This document shows, one piece after another, positions 9,101 to 23,495 of a stretch of 64,000 nucleotides of DNA. The stretch is taken from assembly GCF_018350175.1 (NCBI RefSeq), contig NC_058368.1:43836001-43900000 (forward strand). Direction: 5' to 3'. Made by a program: the position numbers and the translations under genes. Each line of letters begins with the position of its first letter. Position 1 is the stretch's first letter. The notes below the pieces were generated by a model that worked only from the letters and a program-made list of their open reading frames with translations, had not been told where the DNA came from and searched no databases. The DNA comes from Felis catus (lineage: Eukaryota).

Positions 9101-11049
9101 TTCCTTCCTGCTCTTTCTTTTGGGGTGAATACTTTTGTTTTGTCATTTTGAAGGTAGAAATGGAATTAATGAGGTAGGAAAATTAAAATTAAAAAATTAA
9201 AATTAAAAAAATATTAAAATTAAAAAATTAAACACACACACACACGAAAAAAACATCGAATAAATGATCTAGATCCTAGGTGTGTTTTGGTCTGGGTGTT
9301 GAAAGTGGTTTGACAGATTAGAGAAAAAAAGGGTGGTGGAGGAAATCGTTTAAGAATTTGAAAAAATGTATATACTGAAGTAGACTAAAATGAGATGATG
9401 AGAGTAAAATAGAATTTGAAAAAATTTACACAAAAGTAAAGAATGTAGTAGGAAAAAAAGAAAATATTTTTAATAAAAATTAAAAACAAAAATCATTTTT
9501 TTTCTCTTTCTATATTCAAGAAAAAGGAAAAGAAACAAAAAAAAGAGAAAAGAAATCTTTTGAAAATTTGAAACAGTGAATACACTGTAGTGGACTAAAA
9601 TAAAATGATGGAAGTCAAATAGAGATAAAAAATTTACATAAAGGCAACAAATGTAGTAAGAAATTAAAAATATTTTTAATAAAAATTGAAAATAAAAATG
9701 AAGTTTTTCTCTTTCTGTATTCAAGAAAAAATAGTGTAAAAGAGAAAAAAGAAGAAGAAAGAAAGAAAAAATGGACAGACCTGCTAGCAGATTGAAACAG
9801 GACTGAAATTACTTCGTTTTCCCCTCAAGTCAGACTATGTAGTCAGACTTTATAGTCCATAAACTAGGTAGGCAGTGAGACTTGTGTTCTTGAAGAACGA
9901 GGTTGGCCCAGTTGGGCAGGGCTCAGTGTAACAGCTCGGTTCTCCACTAGATGGTGCTGCTAGCCTACTGGGGTGGAGGTTGTAGTGCTTGTAGGTGTGT
10001 ATGTGGATGCCGGGAGCAGTGAAAATGGCGTCACCCTGCTACCCAGTCTCTAGTATAGGAACTTTTCTCTCCAATCAGCAATCGTGCACCCGTCCTCCGT
10101 CTTCAGCTTTCATCCACTCCCTGCTTCTTCACTGTCCGTGACCAAGCCCCAGGCAGTACCTCTCTCCTGAGTTTTATCTCAGATGCGGCTGTTTTCCACG
10201 GCCCCTTACTTCTGAAGGACTGCAGCTTTGACCCGTTCTGCCCCTCTGTGGGAGGGTCTCACCGAGCAATGGCCAAATGTTGGCTTCACCCAAGAACGCT
10301 TGCTGGACCCTGCTGCTGCCGGTGCCCTGGACTGTGGCCAGGTGCCAGCCCACCCCCAAAAAAGTTCTTGAGATAGTGTAGCAGCAGCTTTTCAGGGATT
10401 ATGGAAAATCACAACACACGTCTGGCACCAGGCTTCACCCTTAAGGACCTTGTTCCAGCACCAGCAAATGTGGTCGTTCTCTGGGGTCTGCTGTGACCGG
10501 GTGGCTTCAACAGTCTCTACCAAATGTCCTTCCAGCAGTGGAACCGCTTTTCCCCATGTGGCCTGAGAACCTCCTGGCCCCCACTCTGTTCCTGGGGATT
10601 CGCCCTTCCCATCAGAGCACTGCCAGGTATCGAGCTGGGGAGTTGCAGCCTTTGCGCTCCCCTTATTTACAGTCTTAATGGAATTTAAACCCTCTCCTTT
10701 CTCCTTTCTCCATTTTTAGTTTAGTCCCATGGCTGTTTCCAATTTTCCACTTTCTCTCCAGCTGCTTTTGGGGAGGGGTGCTTTTCCCATATCCCCCCCC
10801 AACCCCAGTGTCTGTCCTTTCTCTGCTCACAAAGCACCTCCCTTCCTGTGTCTTCTCGCTCCCCAAGTTCACATCTCCGCACCCTGTACCTGCTGAAATC
10901 TGTGGTTCAGGTTGTACAGATTGTTGTGTTAATCCTCCAATCAGTTTTCTAGGTGTTTAAGATGGTTTAGTGTTGGTCTGGCTGTATTTCATGGATGTGA
11001 AACACACAAAAAAAGTTCCATGCTGTTCTGCCATCGTGGCTCTTCCCTC
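5855..11049 (-). mobile_element. Carnivore L1 with 5' UTR, disrupted ORF1/ORF2 and an internal ~2-kb deletion
   Basis: 3' end at 5855-6000; ORF2 pieces (endonuclease NVNGLNAPIKRH at 8144-7773; [14 protein letters not shown] at 6461); ORF1 pieces at 9146-8700; 5' end resembles GAGGGAAGAGCCACGATGGCAGAACAGCATGG. Confidence 0.95.
6014..6249 (+). repeat. Templated copy of 4180-4417 inserted at the L1 deletion junction
   Basis: Direct sequence identity with a few small indels and a different (CA)n length. Confidence 0.93.
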
Positions 11050-11370
11050 TGTATGTGGTCAGTCATTATGACTTCGCTTTTTTTTAAAAAAAAGGCTTTA
11101 AAGTAAGACTTCTCCCTTACTTCAATCCTGTTCTTATCTCCTGGGAATCCAGTTGCATGAATATAAAACCACTTTATATTTTTCCACAGGAAAATTACCT
11201 CACATGAAGAAGAAAGACATTTGAGGGATATAGGATACTAGAGATATGTATAGAAACAAAGTTGAAAAATTGAAACTAACTCGATGTTTGATAGTATTAA
11301 GCAATTATTTTGTTAGCTGTAATGACAATTTTATGATTATGTTATTTTTAAAAAGGCTTTGTTTCTTTAA

Positions 11371-11564
11371 TGTCGATTTATTTTTTCAAGAGACAGAGCA
11401 TGAGCAGGTGAGAGGCAGAGAGAGAGGGAAACACAGAATCCAAAGCAGGATATAGGCTCTGTGCTGTCAGCACAGAGCCCGATGTGGGGGTTGAACTCAT
11501 GAACCATGAGATCATGACCTGAGCCAAAGTCAGACACTGGACTGACTGAGCAAGCCAGGCGCCC
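11371..11564 (-). mobile_element. Can-SINE
   Basis: Typical body; degenerate TSD aaRaggctttRtttctttaa. Confidence 0.92.
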
Positions 11565-14369
11565 CAAGAGGCTTTATTTCTTTAAAGATAAATGTAAAGT
11601 GTATATAGGTAAATGTAAACTGTAAGTAGATCTGGGTTTTACTTCAAAATATTCTTCAGTGAGAGTGTTGAGTGGGAATATAAAATAAAAAAGATTGACT
11701 ATGGTTTTGTCTATGATTTGACAGCTATTTAGGTTGTTATGTGAATTAATTATCCTATTCTTTGTATATTTAGGCATGTTTAATTTTCCTTAATGAAATA
11801 AAAAGAATAGAGTGAAAAATAAACATAATATTGTATTAGTCATGAATGCATTCATGCTTAAGTAATGACTACAAAAATAAAGTCAACAATAAGATCAGAA
11901 TGTAAAAGTTGAGAAATGTGAGATAATGGGAGGAGACATAGCTGATTGAGGGAGTTTGCAAAATTTCTGTCATTTAACTAGCAGAAGATACCCCATTTTT
12001 ATTCTTTCCATCTTTATTGACACTTTTTAAGTGATTGTTTCAATTCTTCCATTGAATCTTTTGTCATAATTTTGCATTATAAGCTCCAAGCACACTAATT
12101 CTTACTAATCTTCTGAATACCAGTTAGTCTTGATGTGTGGGTATTCTAAACATTGTACATTTCGGACAATCAAATAAGCCTAAAGTTTTATACATTTATT
12201 CCTAGTTCCCTTATTTCTTTCCTACCCATTTTTTTCTAATTTACTAAATTATGTGCTAGTAAACAACAGTTTTTGTGTCATTTACATTGTTTTAGTTTTT
12301 TTAACATTGGTTTTTTATATGGGTAAATTTTAGTTAATTTGTGCTATAACAAGAAAGTATTAGCTTACTTTCTTCTATGTGGTTTGCTCATCACTGTAAG
12401 TACAATTTATTATATACACTCTTGATTTTCATTTGAATTGAAAGAACTTTGACTATTCTATATTAAAATCTAATATGCACTAGGATTTATAGCTGGATAT
12501 TTTTTATTCTGTCCATGGATTTGTCTATACTATATAAAACAATATTACTCTTTTTTAAACAATGAGACTTTGTAAGTCTTCTGTCATACTGTAAAATAAC
12601 CCATTTCTCACTATTCTTTTTAAACATTTTCAAAATACTCTTGGGCGTTTATCCTTCTGCATAAGCCATCAGATAATTTTATCCAATTACAATTCTTCTT
12701 GTAAAGCTAGAAATGAATAAGTGAGTAGGCAGGACATAAAACATACAGTACTTTATTAAGTACTGAACAAAAACTGATCCACCATCAGGTAGGCAATTAT
12801 TGGCTAGTGACAATATTTTAGCTCTTCATGAAAGACTTATAATTTTGTAAAACGCTATTAAAGAAAGCCACTTTTATCCCAAATAAAAACTTCAAATATG
12901 GTTTATTTATTTCTTTTGTGAGCATATTGAATAATAAGTTGAATCCTTAGGGATAATGTCTGAAAACCTCTTTAAATATTTTCATCATGCTTTCTCCAAT
13001 TTCTTTGTGTGTGTGTATGTGTGTATGCACACACACATGTGGGGGATCGTGAGGGGGGATAATGAGTAGTAAAATGTGAATTTAAAATAATAAGACATAA
13101 ATTTGTATTGGAATTTCATGGTTCTGAATAAATTAAGTTAAACACAGTTTTCTTAGTAAAATAATCTTATTAGAAAATCAATGTAACTTTAATGAGAATG
13201 ATTTGTATCTATCAAAATTTGTAAGAAAAAAATGTTAAAACTCGAATTTTATCTGATAGCAATTTTATCTATAAAAACATTTTAAGGGCAGTTTAGTCAG
13301 TTAAAATAGGAAAATATTTTAATTCAAGTGGTTAAATCAAAAGTTTAAATACTAAGTCCTGTGGCAATTTCTTACATTTATGAAATAAATATGAATTTGG
13401 TATTCATCATGTTTTATAAAGTTCAATATGAAAGTAGCCAAAGCATATGTTTTAATATAAATTATAAATTGATGTACTAAGTTATGCCATGATTAAGATA
13501 TAAATATATGAAATTTAAAATGACCACTTGAAAAAAATATGTGTGCTAGTATAGTTTATGCTGGGGATTAAGAAGTTGTTTTGAAGAGAACAATTATAAA
13601 TTATTTATTTCATGAGTGGCAAGTACATTATAAATATATTCCAACAAAGTAATCTTTAGATTAATAATGTTTTGTCTAATTGATATGAATAAAAATAATC
13701 ATTTTTCATGACATGTAGGCATTCTAAAATATGCAAAATATTTTTCATATGCTTGTACTTATAAATTATTCAACTAAAATATAATACGTTTTGAAAAATT
13801 TGTGCTTCTACAATTATTTTTGTAAAAGTTAAAATTGTGTTTGAGTCTGTAAACTCTTCTTCATAACACCCAAGGCAGTATGTAAAGTAACATCAAAACT
13901 AGTGGTAATCTGAGTCAGATCAGCATCATGAAAGCATCAGACATCCCTTATTTTTGTTACCCTCCTCGGCAACAGAAATTCATCATGCATCCACAGACAG
14001 AGGTATCTTTGAGGGAGTTATGGAATCCAAGATCTTATACAAAGGGCCCTAGAATGAGTTTCAACCACTCATGTATCAGGTAATAAGCAATCACACCTCA
14101 GTTTTTGCTGTGGATCCTGATGTGGCACATGAATAGGCTCCAGCCCTTCTTGTTAATGGCTGAGGAGCCCAGGAAAACACTGACTTAGACAAAAAAAAAA
14201 AAAAAAAAGCTTATTTGGAAGTTCAAGTTTCCAAAACAGAAGTTTCAGCACATCACTGGAACCAAAGAATGAGTTTGGATGAATTGGAGTGGAGTACCAA
14301 ATCCTGACCTATATGACTGAGGGGTAGGAAAAGCCAGGGAGAGTGGCAGATAGGACTCTGGGGGCACAT

Positions 14370-15852
14370 CACATTTTCTGATTTCAAACTATGCTCCAAA
14401 TATATGGTAATCAAAAAAGTATGGTGCTGTATAAAAATAGACCAGTAGAGTATAACTGAAAGCCAAGAAATAAACACATATATAGTCAGCTAATATTAGA
14501 CAAAGGAGACAAGAATACCCAATGGGGAAAGTGTAGTATCTTCCACAAATGGTGGTGAGAAAATTGGATAACCACATGCAGAAGTATGAATTGACCTCTA
14601 GCTTACATTGTACCCCACTCACAAAAAATGAACTTGAAATTGATTGAAGACTTAAACATAAGATCTGAAACGATAAAACTTTTTGAAGAAAACTAGGGAA
14701 GGAGCTAATGAGAAAGAAGGAACGAAGAAGAATCTCCTTAAATTTGGCCTTGGCAACAATTTTCTGGACAAGATACCAAAAACAAAAGCAACAAAAGCAA
14801 AAATAAGTAGAACTGCATCAAACTAGGAAATTTCTTCGCAGCATAAGAAACTATCAACAAAATGAAAAGGCAGCCTGTGGAATGGGAAAAAATATTTGCG
14901 AATCATACATCTGATAAGGGGCTAGTATTCAAAATATATATGAAGAACTCATACAATTCAACAGCAAAACAATCAAACAAACAAATGTCTTAAACCAAGT
15001 AAAAAATGTGCAAAGATCTGAAGGGGCATTTTTCAAAAGAAATGCAAATGGCCAACAGATACATGAAAAGATGCTCAATATCACTAATTCAGGGAAATAC
15101 AAATCAGGACTACAATTAGATATTATGTCATATCTATAAAATGGCTGTCATCAAAAAGAAGAGATAATATGTGTTGGTGAAGATGTGGAGAAATGTGAAT
15201 CCTCATGCACTGTTGGTGGAATGTAAATTGGCACAGGTACTATGGAAAGCAGTATGGAAATTACTCAAAAATTTAAAATAGAACCAGTATATGATCCAGC
15301 AATCCTACTTCTGCCTGTATATCCAAAGGAAACATAAACAGTATCTTCCAAGTGATATCTGCACTCCCATATTCATTGAAACATTATTCTCAAGAGACAA
15401 TATGCAGTGACCTTGAGGGCATTACGTGAAGTGAAATAATTCAGAGAAAGACAAATACTGCACGATATCACATATATGCAGAATCCAAACAACCAAACTC
15501 ATAGAAAGAGAAAATAGAGTGGTGATTATCAGGGGCAAGGGCTTATGGAAATGGGAAGATGTTGGTTAATGCATACAAACTTCCAACTATAAAATGAATG
15601 AATTGTGAGGATCTAATGTACAGCATCACAATTAATAATACTGTATTATATACTTGAAAATTGCTAAGAGAACAGATTTTAAATGTTCTCACCACAAAGA
15701 GAATTAATAATTACACAACATTATGGAGGTGTTAGCTAATACAATGGTGGTAATCATTTTGCAAAATATGTGTATTTCAGTTAAATGTGTTGCACATCTT
15801 AAACTTACATGATGTTATATGTCAATTATATCTCAGTAAAGCTGGTAAAAAA
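14370..15852 (+). mobile_element. L1 3' portion (L1MA9-like): ORF2 end and 3' UTR
   Basis: ORF2-like text from 14370; ends ...gttatatgtcaattatatctcagtaaagctggtaaaaaa. Confidence 0.85.
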
Positions 15853-17774
15853 TGAGAGATAATTCACAACAAATTATAATAGCTCACATGTGATTAGATA
15901 TTTTAGTTTAGTAGTAGTTATTGAAACATTATAGACCTGCAAAAAACTATTCAATTCCCTAACAGCTTACCATTGCTAGTAGTATGTTCCCAAGGTAACT
16001 GACATTAGAATCACATAAGTTGGGTAAATAAAGGTAAAATAACCACTGTTTAATGATTGCTTTTTAATTTAAAAATGTTGATTATTTTAAGCACCTTTTC
16101 TTTTTTGTAACATTTTTCATTGTTCCACAGAATGGAAAATAAATTTATTACATATTGTTCTAAGGATTTTATTATCCAGTTTACAAATGATTCTTCAGAG
16201 GTTACCATAGAGATTCATAGAGATACATTATACATGCCTAGCAAATATTAAAGACTGACATTATTTCAACTGTCTTAAAAGGTTAGAAGAGTCATACATT
16301 TGATTGTTGTTTCTAAAAATCATCTTAGTATACAAAAAACATATTTTGTAATTAAATAGAATCGTGCCTATCAAAAAGATAAATATTTTATAAATTGGGA
16401 AAAAGTGGTATATGTAGTGTTTCTAGTAACTACAAAAGTGAAAAAATTCCAGAGACTAATTTGAAATTTTTCTCATCACTGGGGAAATATTTAAAAATTC
16501 ATAATAAAATCACTTTTGTTTATACTTAGTAACATTCCTCAATAAAAATTAACACAATTATTCATTTCCATATTTCAACAAATGACAAGCCATAATTTTT
16601 GTATCTGAATGATGAATATACATTTGTTAAATCAACAAATATTCAAATAATTAAATATACTTTAAAATAAGCATTACTTTCATACCAATAAAATCCTGTG
16701 AAAGCAGATGTGAGGTAGGACATTTTAAATGTTTATACAAATACAAAATTCTTAGTAGAGTACAAGGCACCAGAATAGAGCAGTCGTAAGTACATTGATA
16801 CTGTTCTCTTGGAATTCAAACTTAGTAGTAAGACACATAGGTAAGTAATTGCAATGTACTCCAAATTTAAATAAAATAAAAACACTGAAAAAAATTATAA
16901 ATTTAAAAAAGAAAATAAAAAGTAGAAATGAGTAACATTTTGAGATGGTGCTGGTTTTTACCCACCCCTATCTCCTATTATCTACATCTCCTGTTGTCAA
17001 GCTCCTACTTTATTTACAAGAGAGATGAGTGTGAATGAAGAATAGGGCTTTGTAGGGATCTGAACAACACAAGCTACTGTGCATTCTTCCCTGTGTACTG
17101 ACGGTCTCATGGCAAAGAGCTCATGGAGGAGGGTCAGGAAGGAGTGGAAGCAGAACCCTAGGGTTGGTCAACAGATATTCTACAACCTAGAGAAAGAATT
17201 TTGTCTGATCCATGGGGAATTAGAAAAATAGTATATCATTTAAATCAGTAGGGAGACCCTCTTTACCTCCAAGAGTAAGAGTTCAGGTAGAACAGGGGCA
17301 GATACAATTCTTCCTGAATCTCCAAGGTGTAATAGTGGCCACTGTACCAAGACATAAATGCAAGAAGCAACTTCATTTTCTGGGACTTGTAATACGATAA
17401 TCCAACAACTAGATTTTGTAGCAAATGGAGAAAAAAGAAAAAATGAATTGATCTAAGCCCATAGAGATTAAGAACTAATCGGATCATCAGAAGAGCACAC
17501 AAATTAAGAATAAAACTGCAAAGGACAAAACTATTTAAGAAGATTCAAATATAATATATTTTGGTCTGGCATCAAAGCAAGTGATATTTTTTTTTTTATC
17601 AATACCTCAAGTGAAGGAAAATATGGTCATTCAAAGTTGAGTCCTTAATCAATGACCCGGACGATCAAGAACAGATTTGTTTAAGAGCACCGAGCCAAAA
17701 TACAATAAAATGAAAATCATTAGGGAAAAGAATGGAGAATTCGAAAATAAATACAAAACATTTTTAAAAGATTG

Positions 17775-18063
17775 TTTTGTGCAGGTTTCAGCCAAGATTG
17801 TGGTTGAACCAGCCCTTCTGAGTCTTATGATTGCCAGATGCCCTTCAGCAATAACCATCATGAAATTTTGAAAAAGTAGAGATTTATTACTTACAAGACC
17901 TGGAAATTACATGGCACACATAACAAGGTTAAGGATAAAGAGAAAAAGCCCAGAGACCTGAGGTTCTACTTTTATTGGGGTCGATGGTAGAGGCCTAGGG
18001 TTTTATGGGCTCAGTCTTTATAGGTGAACTTAAAACATAAGAGTGGGAATTTAAAGGGTGGGA

Positions 18064-18124
<61 letters not shown>

Positions 18125-18345
18125 TCCAAATGGTTAGTTATCAAAATCAACCAAAGTCTCTAAAGCAAAGGAGCCTCAGCTGTGGAGGGACACACTCTTT
18201 ACCTAGACTTGTGGCTGGCAGTGTGTTTATTCAAGATAGTAGTCTTTTATGTAGACACCTGTTTGAAATGGATACTTGGCAATCAAAACTTCAGTCAGGC
18301 ACTAGCATTACAGAAAGAAAACACTAATTGTCAAGGTTTACATAA
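17775..18345. mobile_element. Probable LTR fragment containing a (GA)n tract
   Basis: LTR-like composition with reverse AATAAA motifs; family not identified. Confidence 0.4.
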
Positions 18346-19174
18346 AAAGAAGAGTAATAGAAGTTTCAAAAGCAGAAATTAAAAAGAGAGAAGCAAAGGC
18401 ATAAAAAATTAGGAGAAAATTATCTCAACTGAAAACAGATTTAAATCTGAAGGTGAAAAATATCACTGAAATTCTAGAGGACTCATCAAAAACATACACA
18501 CAAAAGAATACACAGATAGAAATCTCTAAATCAAAGGAAAATGAGAAAAAAATAAGATTCTAGAGACTGTGAAGTTACTTCAAATATAATGCAATCAGAC
18601 TGCAATCTGTTTTGAGGGGAGCTTTTTATTTATTGTTTGTTTGTTTGATTTTTGTTTTTTTTTTTATTTTTTGGGCAAAGCCAGTACCTAGAAGACAGTA
18701 AAAGAAAGTCACAAGATTTTTATGGGAAATAGACTGCTTCTCAAGTCTAAAATCCTACAATACATATGGAGGATGGGAAGGGTAGAAAGATTTCCCCTAA
18801 ATAGTCTGTCCTATATAAAGTCAGATTTGAGAGGGGCTGTAGGGGGTGGGATACAGTGTCTTGGTGGGAGAACCAGTGCGACATAGTGGGGAAAATAGTG
18901 GATATCTTGTTTGTAAAAATGATAGAGAAATCTGTGTGCAACTACTAGAAAGGAAAGGTAATAATAAATGAATTGAGAAATTATATTAGAGCTCTCCAAA
19001 ATAACAAGAGAAAAAAAATGAATAACTATTTCAACAAGTGAAAATGATGAATAGTGGAAACAATGACTGAAATAGTTTTAAAATATAACATTAGAAAAAT
19101 AAATATAACTTTTAAATTACTAATCATTATATCAGTCAGATATTGACAACTGTTGTTAAAAAATAGCGGCTTTA

Positions 19175-19390
19175 GGGGCACCTAGGTGGCTCAGTCAGTT
19201 AAGCATCTGACTTCAGCCCAGGTCATGATCTCAGGGTTTGTGGGTTTGAGCCCTGCGTCAGGCTCTGTGCTGAGCGCTGACAGCTCAGAGCCTGGAGCCT
19301 GCTTTGGATTCTGTGTCCCCCTTCTCTCTGCCCTTCCCCTGCTTGTTCTGTCTCTCTCTCTCTCTCTGTCTTTCAAAAATAAACATTAAA
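19175..19390 (+). mobile_element. Can-SINE followed by an AT-rich tail expansion
   Basis: ggggcacctaggtggctcagtcagttaagc head, (CT)n, aaataaacatt. Confidence 0.93.
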
Positions 19391-20387
19391 TATATATATT
19401 TAAATAAATATTTAATATAAATATTTAAATATATATGTATTTAAAGTATAATAAATATATTATGAATATAAATATATATTTATAAATACAAATATAATAT
19501 ATTAATAAAGATATATATGTAGAGGCTGCCAAATTGTGCAAAAATAAAAATATAAAACATATCTATTTAATAAAATATACACATAAAATACTCATTATAG
19601 TCATTTAAAAAGTGTTTTAAATAAAAGCTGTGGAAAAATGATGCCAGATAACTAAAAAAAAGAGAAGACAGTAATAATATTAAAACAAGATGGATTATGA
19701 CTTAAATATGACATTTAAATGATAGGTATATTGTTTAAGACTGTTTCAACTTGTAATAATCCATTTTTATGACAAAAATTTGGTCAACTGTTTTTTAAGG
19801 AGCAGAAAAAGATGAAACCCCATTTATGATTGCAAGTTAATTGAATTTCTAAGAAAATGAAATGTTTAATAGATATAAAAAACACGTTTAAAATTGAAGA
19901 AATGAGTAACAAAGTCATTAATCTCTTAAGGTTTACATATTCAAATACAGGCATGTATGTATGTGTATTTATATATATGTACTCATATTAATATATGATG
20001 TTAAAAATGGACTAAGTACTCAGTCACAAGTGATGGAATATTTATCACAGGTAATGCATGGTTTCCTAGAAAAAAATGAATTACATAAATTGAACTATAT
20101 TAAGTGGAAACCTAGAAGATATTAATTAAAACAGACTGAAAACTGGTTAGACATGTACATGTAAAAATTTATCAGGACCAGATGGCTCACAGGTGACAGC
20201 CCATATAACCTTGAGAAGACTTATAATACCAAAACCATTTGAATTATTCCAAGACTAAGAAACAGAGGAAATTAGTGAAATTTCTTAAGCAGTTCAATGC
20301 TACCAAAACCTTATATAGGAGGTAAAAATCAAACTAAGAATCAAACTCGGCTATGAATGTTGATGAAAATTCTAAATAATCTGTGTA

Positions 20388-20595
20388 GGGGCGCCTGGGT
20401 GGCTCAGTTGGTTGAGCATCCAACTTCAGCCCAGGTCATGATCTCTGGTTTGTGATTTCGGGCCTCACATTGGGCTCTCTGCTATCAGCACAGAGCCTGC
20501 TTTGGATACTCTGTCTCCCTCTCTCTCTGCCCCTCCACTACTCACATTCTCTCTCTCTCAAAAATAGATAAACAGCTATAAATAAATAAACAAAA
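20388..20595 (+). mobile_element. Can-SINE
   Basis: ggggcgcctgggtggctcag head, A-rich tail. Confidence 0.93.
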
Positions 20596-21084
20596 TCTTT
20601 GTTAAAAATCCAGTGATGCAGCAAAAATATAAAGTCTAGTCAAGAATTTTTAATACTGACATTTTGCCATTAAAAATTATCAAAACAATCTATCATATTA
20701 ATATTTAATGGAATGAATCATATGCTTCTATCAGTAGATAATGAAAAGGGATTTAATAAGACCTAGCACTGAAGGATAAATAAAACTCCAAGTAAAGTTA
20801 GCATATTATAGAGGATAACAGCATCTAAGACAATCTGCTAGCAGCGACAAACGCAATTATCTAATTTATCAAATTATAAAAATGATATGACTTGGAAACA
20901 AGAATGATATGGAGAGGAGTATGGCAAGAAACCTGGAAATCTGAAGGCAAAAAAATGAAAACACCCAAATACTTTAGCGTGCGGTATATTTGTGTGGCAA
21001 GTATATGTGTCTGTATATATGTTATTAATATGTTACTAAAATCTTTCTGGATTTTTAAGAGTCTATTTTTTGTTTTTATTTCGT

Positions 21085-21302
21085 TTATTTTTTTAAATTA
21101 AAAAAATATTTATTTTGAGAGAGAGAGAGAAAGAGTTTGAGCAGGGGAGGGGCAGAGAGAGAGGGAAGGAGAGAATCCCAAGCAAGTTCTGCACTGTCAG
21201 CACAGAGGCTGATGTGCGGCTCAAACCCAAAAACCGTGAGATCATGACCTGAGTCAAAATCTAGAGTCAGACGCTAAACCAACTGAGCCACCCTGGTGCC
21301 CC
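21085..21302 (-). mobile_element. Can-SINE
   Basis: Reverse-complement SINE body. Confidence 0.92.
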
Positions 21303-22824
21303 TGTTTGCTTGTTTTTTGAGGGACAGCATTTGGTCTGCATGTTACGTATAACTTGAAAGGCAGCCAGATAAGGCCATTTGTTAAACAGTACTTTCAGGG
21401 TGATCCTGTGAATGACTTACTGTTCAGGGCACAGTGGATCACACAAAAGATTACACTATGGATTACAATGATGATGTCATGGAGTTCTTATTTAGGAAAG
21501 AAACGGAGCATGTAAGAATGCCATCACAGGAGGGTAGAATAAGTGCTACTATGCAAGAATACTGGTGGCACAAGGTGTCAGGTCCTTTCACACCCATATT
21601 TACTCACTGAAGGAAAAAGAATAGTGAGCAAATAGGGTCAGATTTCCAGAATATAATTGGTAGGTCCATTTCCAAACCAGGAAGTGACTGTTTTGGGACC
21701 TCCCTATTTTGCACAAGTGGCAGGTTTGGTTCTAAGGGAGTGCTAAAGGGGTGCATTAGGTGTCATTTCATCTGACTTTACTGTTTACTCCAATTTTGTT
21801 GAGTGTTTATTTTGCCAGACACTATGCTGAACATTACTGGTCAATGGCAATAGACTTCTCTACTGTGGGGATATTTAAGCTGAGAAGTGAAGGTGATGTG
21901 TAGCTAAGGTAGTTGAGTGTGCTTGAAAGAGTACTTCGGGAAGAAGGAGCACATACTTTAAGGAAGGACAGAGCTATGCTTGATAAACTGAGGGACCAGG
22001 GCATACAGTGTATACTAATTAAGAGAAAAGAAAAGATGAGGTGAGAGAGAGAAGAAGGACATTAACGTAAGCATGGCCTGATAGTCCTTTTCACAAAAGT
22101 GCTCAAGGACTCAAGTTTTCACATCAACATAATAAGCAATTAGAAGAGATTAGATTTATTTATATTTATATTTATTTAGTTTATTTCTGATGGGTTTTTG
22201 ACCACGTTAGACTGTCCAATTGTATGAGATCTCTACATTGAAGTTCACAGAACACACTAACCTAAAATTATTTTTTTTTTGAGATGGCTTTGAGTCATCC
22301 AGTAAGAAACTGCTTATATTAGGCCCAAGGTCATGAATGTAACCCTGTATATAAATGAAAACATTAATTCTTACTACAACCAATTTGATTTTTGGTTTTT
22401 GTTTTGGATTTTTGTTTTTCAGCAATCCAGATATAGATAAAACTAAGATAGGGAGTTGGGATGTGATTTATTCACATGATTGATGTAGAAAAATATTGTA
22501 GGAAATATGAAAAAGATTAGATGAAATAATGGACCACATAAGCATATAATATAAGCTAGAGTGAGAGCCAGTGAAAATAGGAAAAATGCAAGTTGCTATG
22601 AGGGCAAGTATAAATGCAGTGAATACAGGTAAGGGGAACGATGGAGCATAGGGTTATGTGCTGTGAACATGGGATAGTCAATTTATAGTGAACTTTGGAG
22701 CAGTCCAAATGATGAAAAAATTTATCATGGGCCATGTGAGTGCACTGATAAAGTAAAATAAAGGTGGATGTTCCCCAAGAGGGGAGTATACAGAGTATCA
22801 ACAATGCAGTGTTTGCAGCAATGT

Positions 22825-23041
22825 TGTGGTAGGGTCCCCTCTCTAAGGAAAGAAAAAATATCTCAGGGCAACCTGGCTATATGTGTATGTGACAACATCC
22901 CTAACAACCTTGTAACATGAGACCACTTAATCACACTGCATGTTTGTGTGTAACCATATGTGGGAGACAAAGAAATATATAATATATATATGTATATTAT
23001 ATCATATATATATATATACTACAGTATATATATATAGTGTA

Positions 23042-23089
<48 letters not shown>

Positions 23090-23206
23090 CACCATGTGGC
23101 GATCGAGGCTCAGTTCTTTGGGTACTCGAACCCAACTGAGTGGTGCCCGCAGGAATAAAGTTGCTTCCTGGAAAGAAAAGCCTCTCTGTGTGAGAATCCT
23201 GCTACA
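22825..23206 (+). mobile_element. Solo LTR (ERV1-like) with an internal (TA)n expansion
   Basis: TG...CA ends with imperfect inverted termini (tgtggtagggt / atcctgctaca), 4-bp TSD atgt, AATAAA at ~23154. Confidence 0.75.
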
Positions 23207-23267
23207 ATGTATCTGAGGAATTGGAATAGGAAGAAAGACACTTACCCTAGTGATAGGCAGCATGCAG

Positions 23268-23495
23268 TAATAATAGTCAAACCATAGAATCTGGATCCAG
23301 ACAGCCTGGATTTGAGTCTTGACTTCAGGACATACTAAGTGGGTGACCTTAGGAAAGTTACTTAACCCATTCTGTGCTTTAATATGCCTATCTGTAAAAT
23401 AGGGATAACAGTAGTATATATTGTATACAGTTGCTGTGAGAATTATACACCCATGTAAGGCACCTACAAAAGTTCCCAGAATATAAGAAACACTA
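23268..23495 (+). mobile_element. MIR SINE
   Basis: Core gtgaccttaggaaagttacttaaccc...tatctgtaaaatagggataa. Confidence 0.85.

Noticed and set aside
5841..11056. tgtatgt on both sides of the first L1 as its TSD
   Set aside because: Only 7 bp of low-complexity sequence; not convincing
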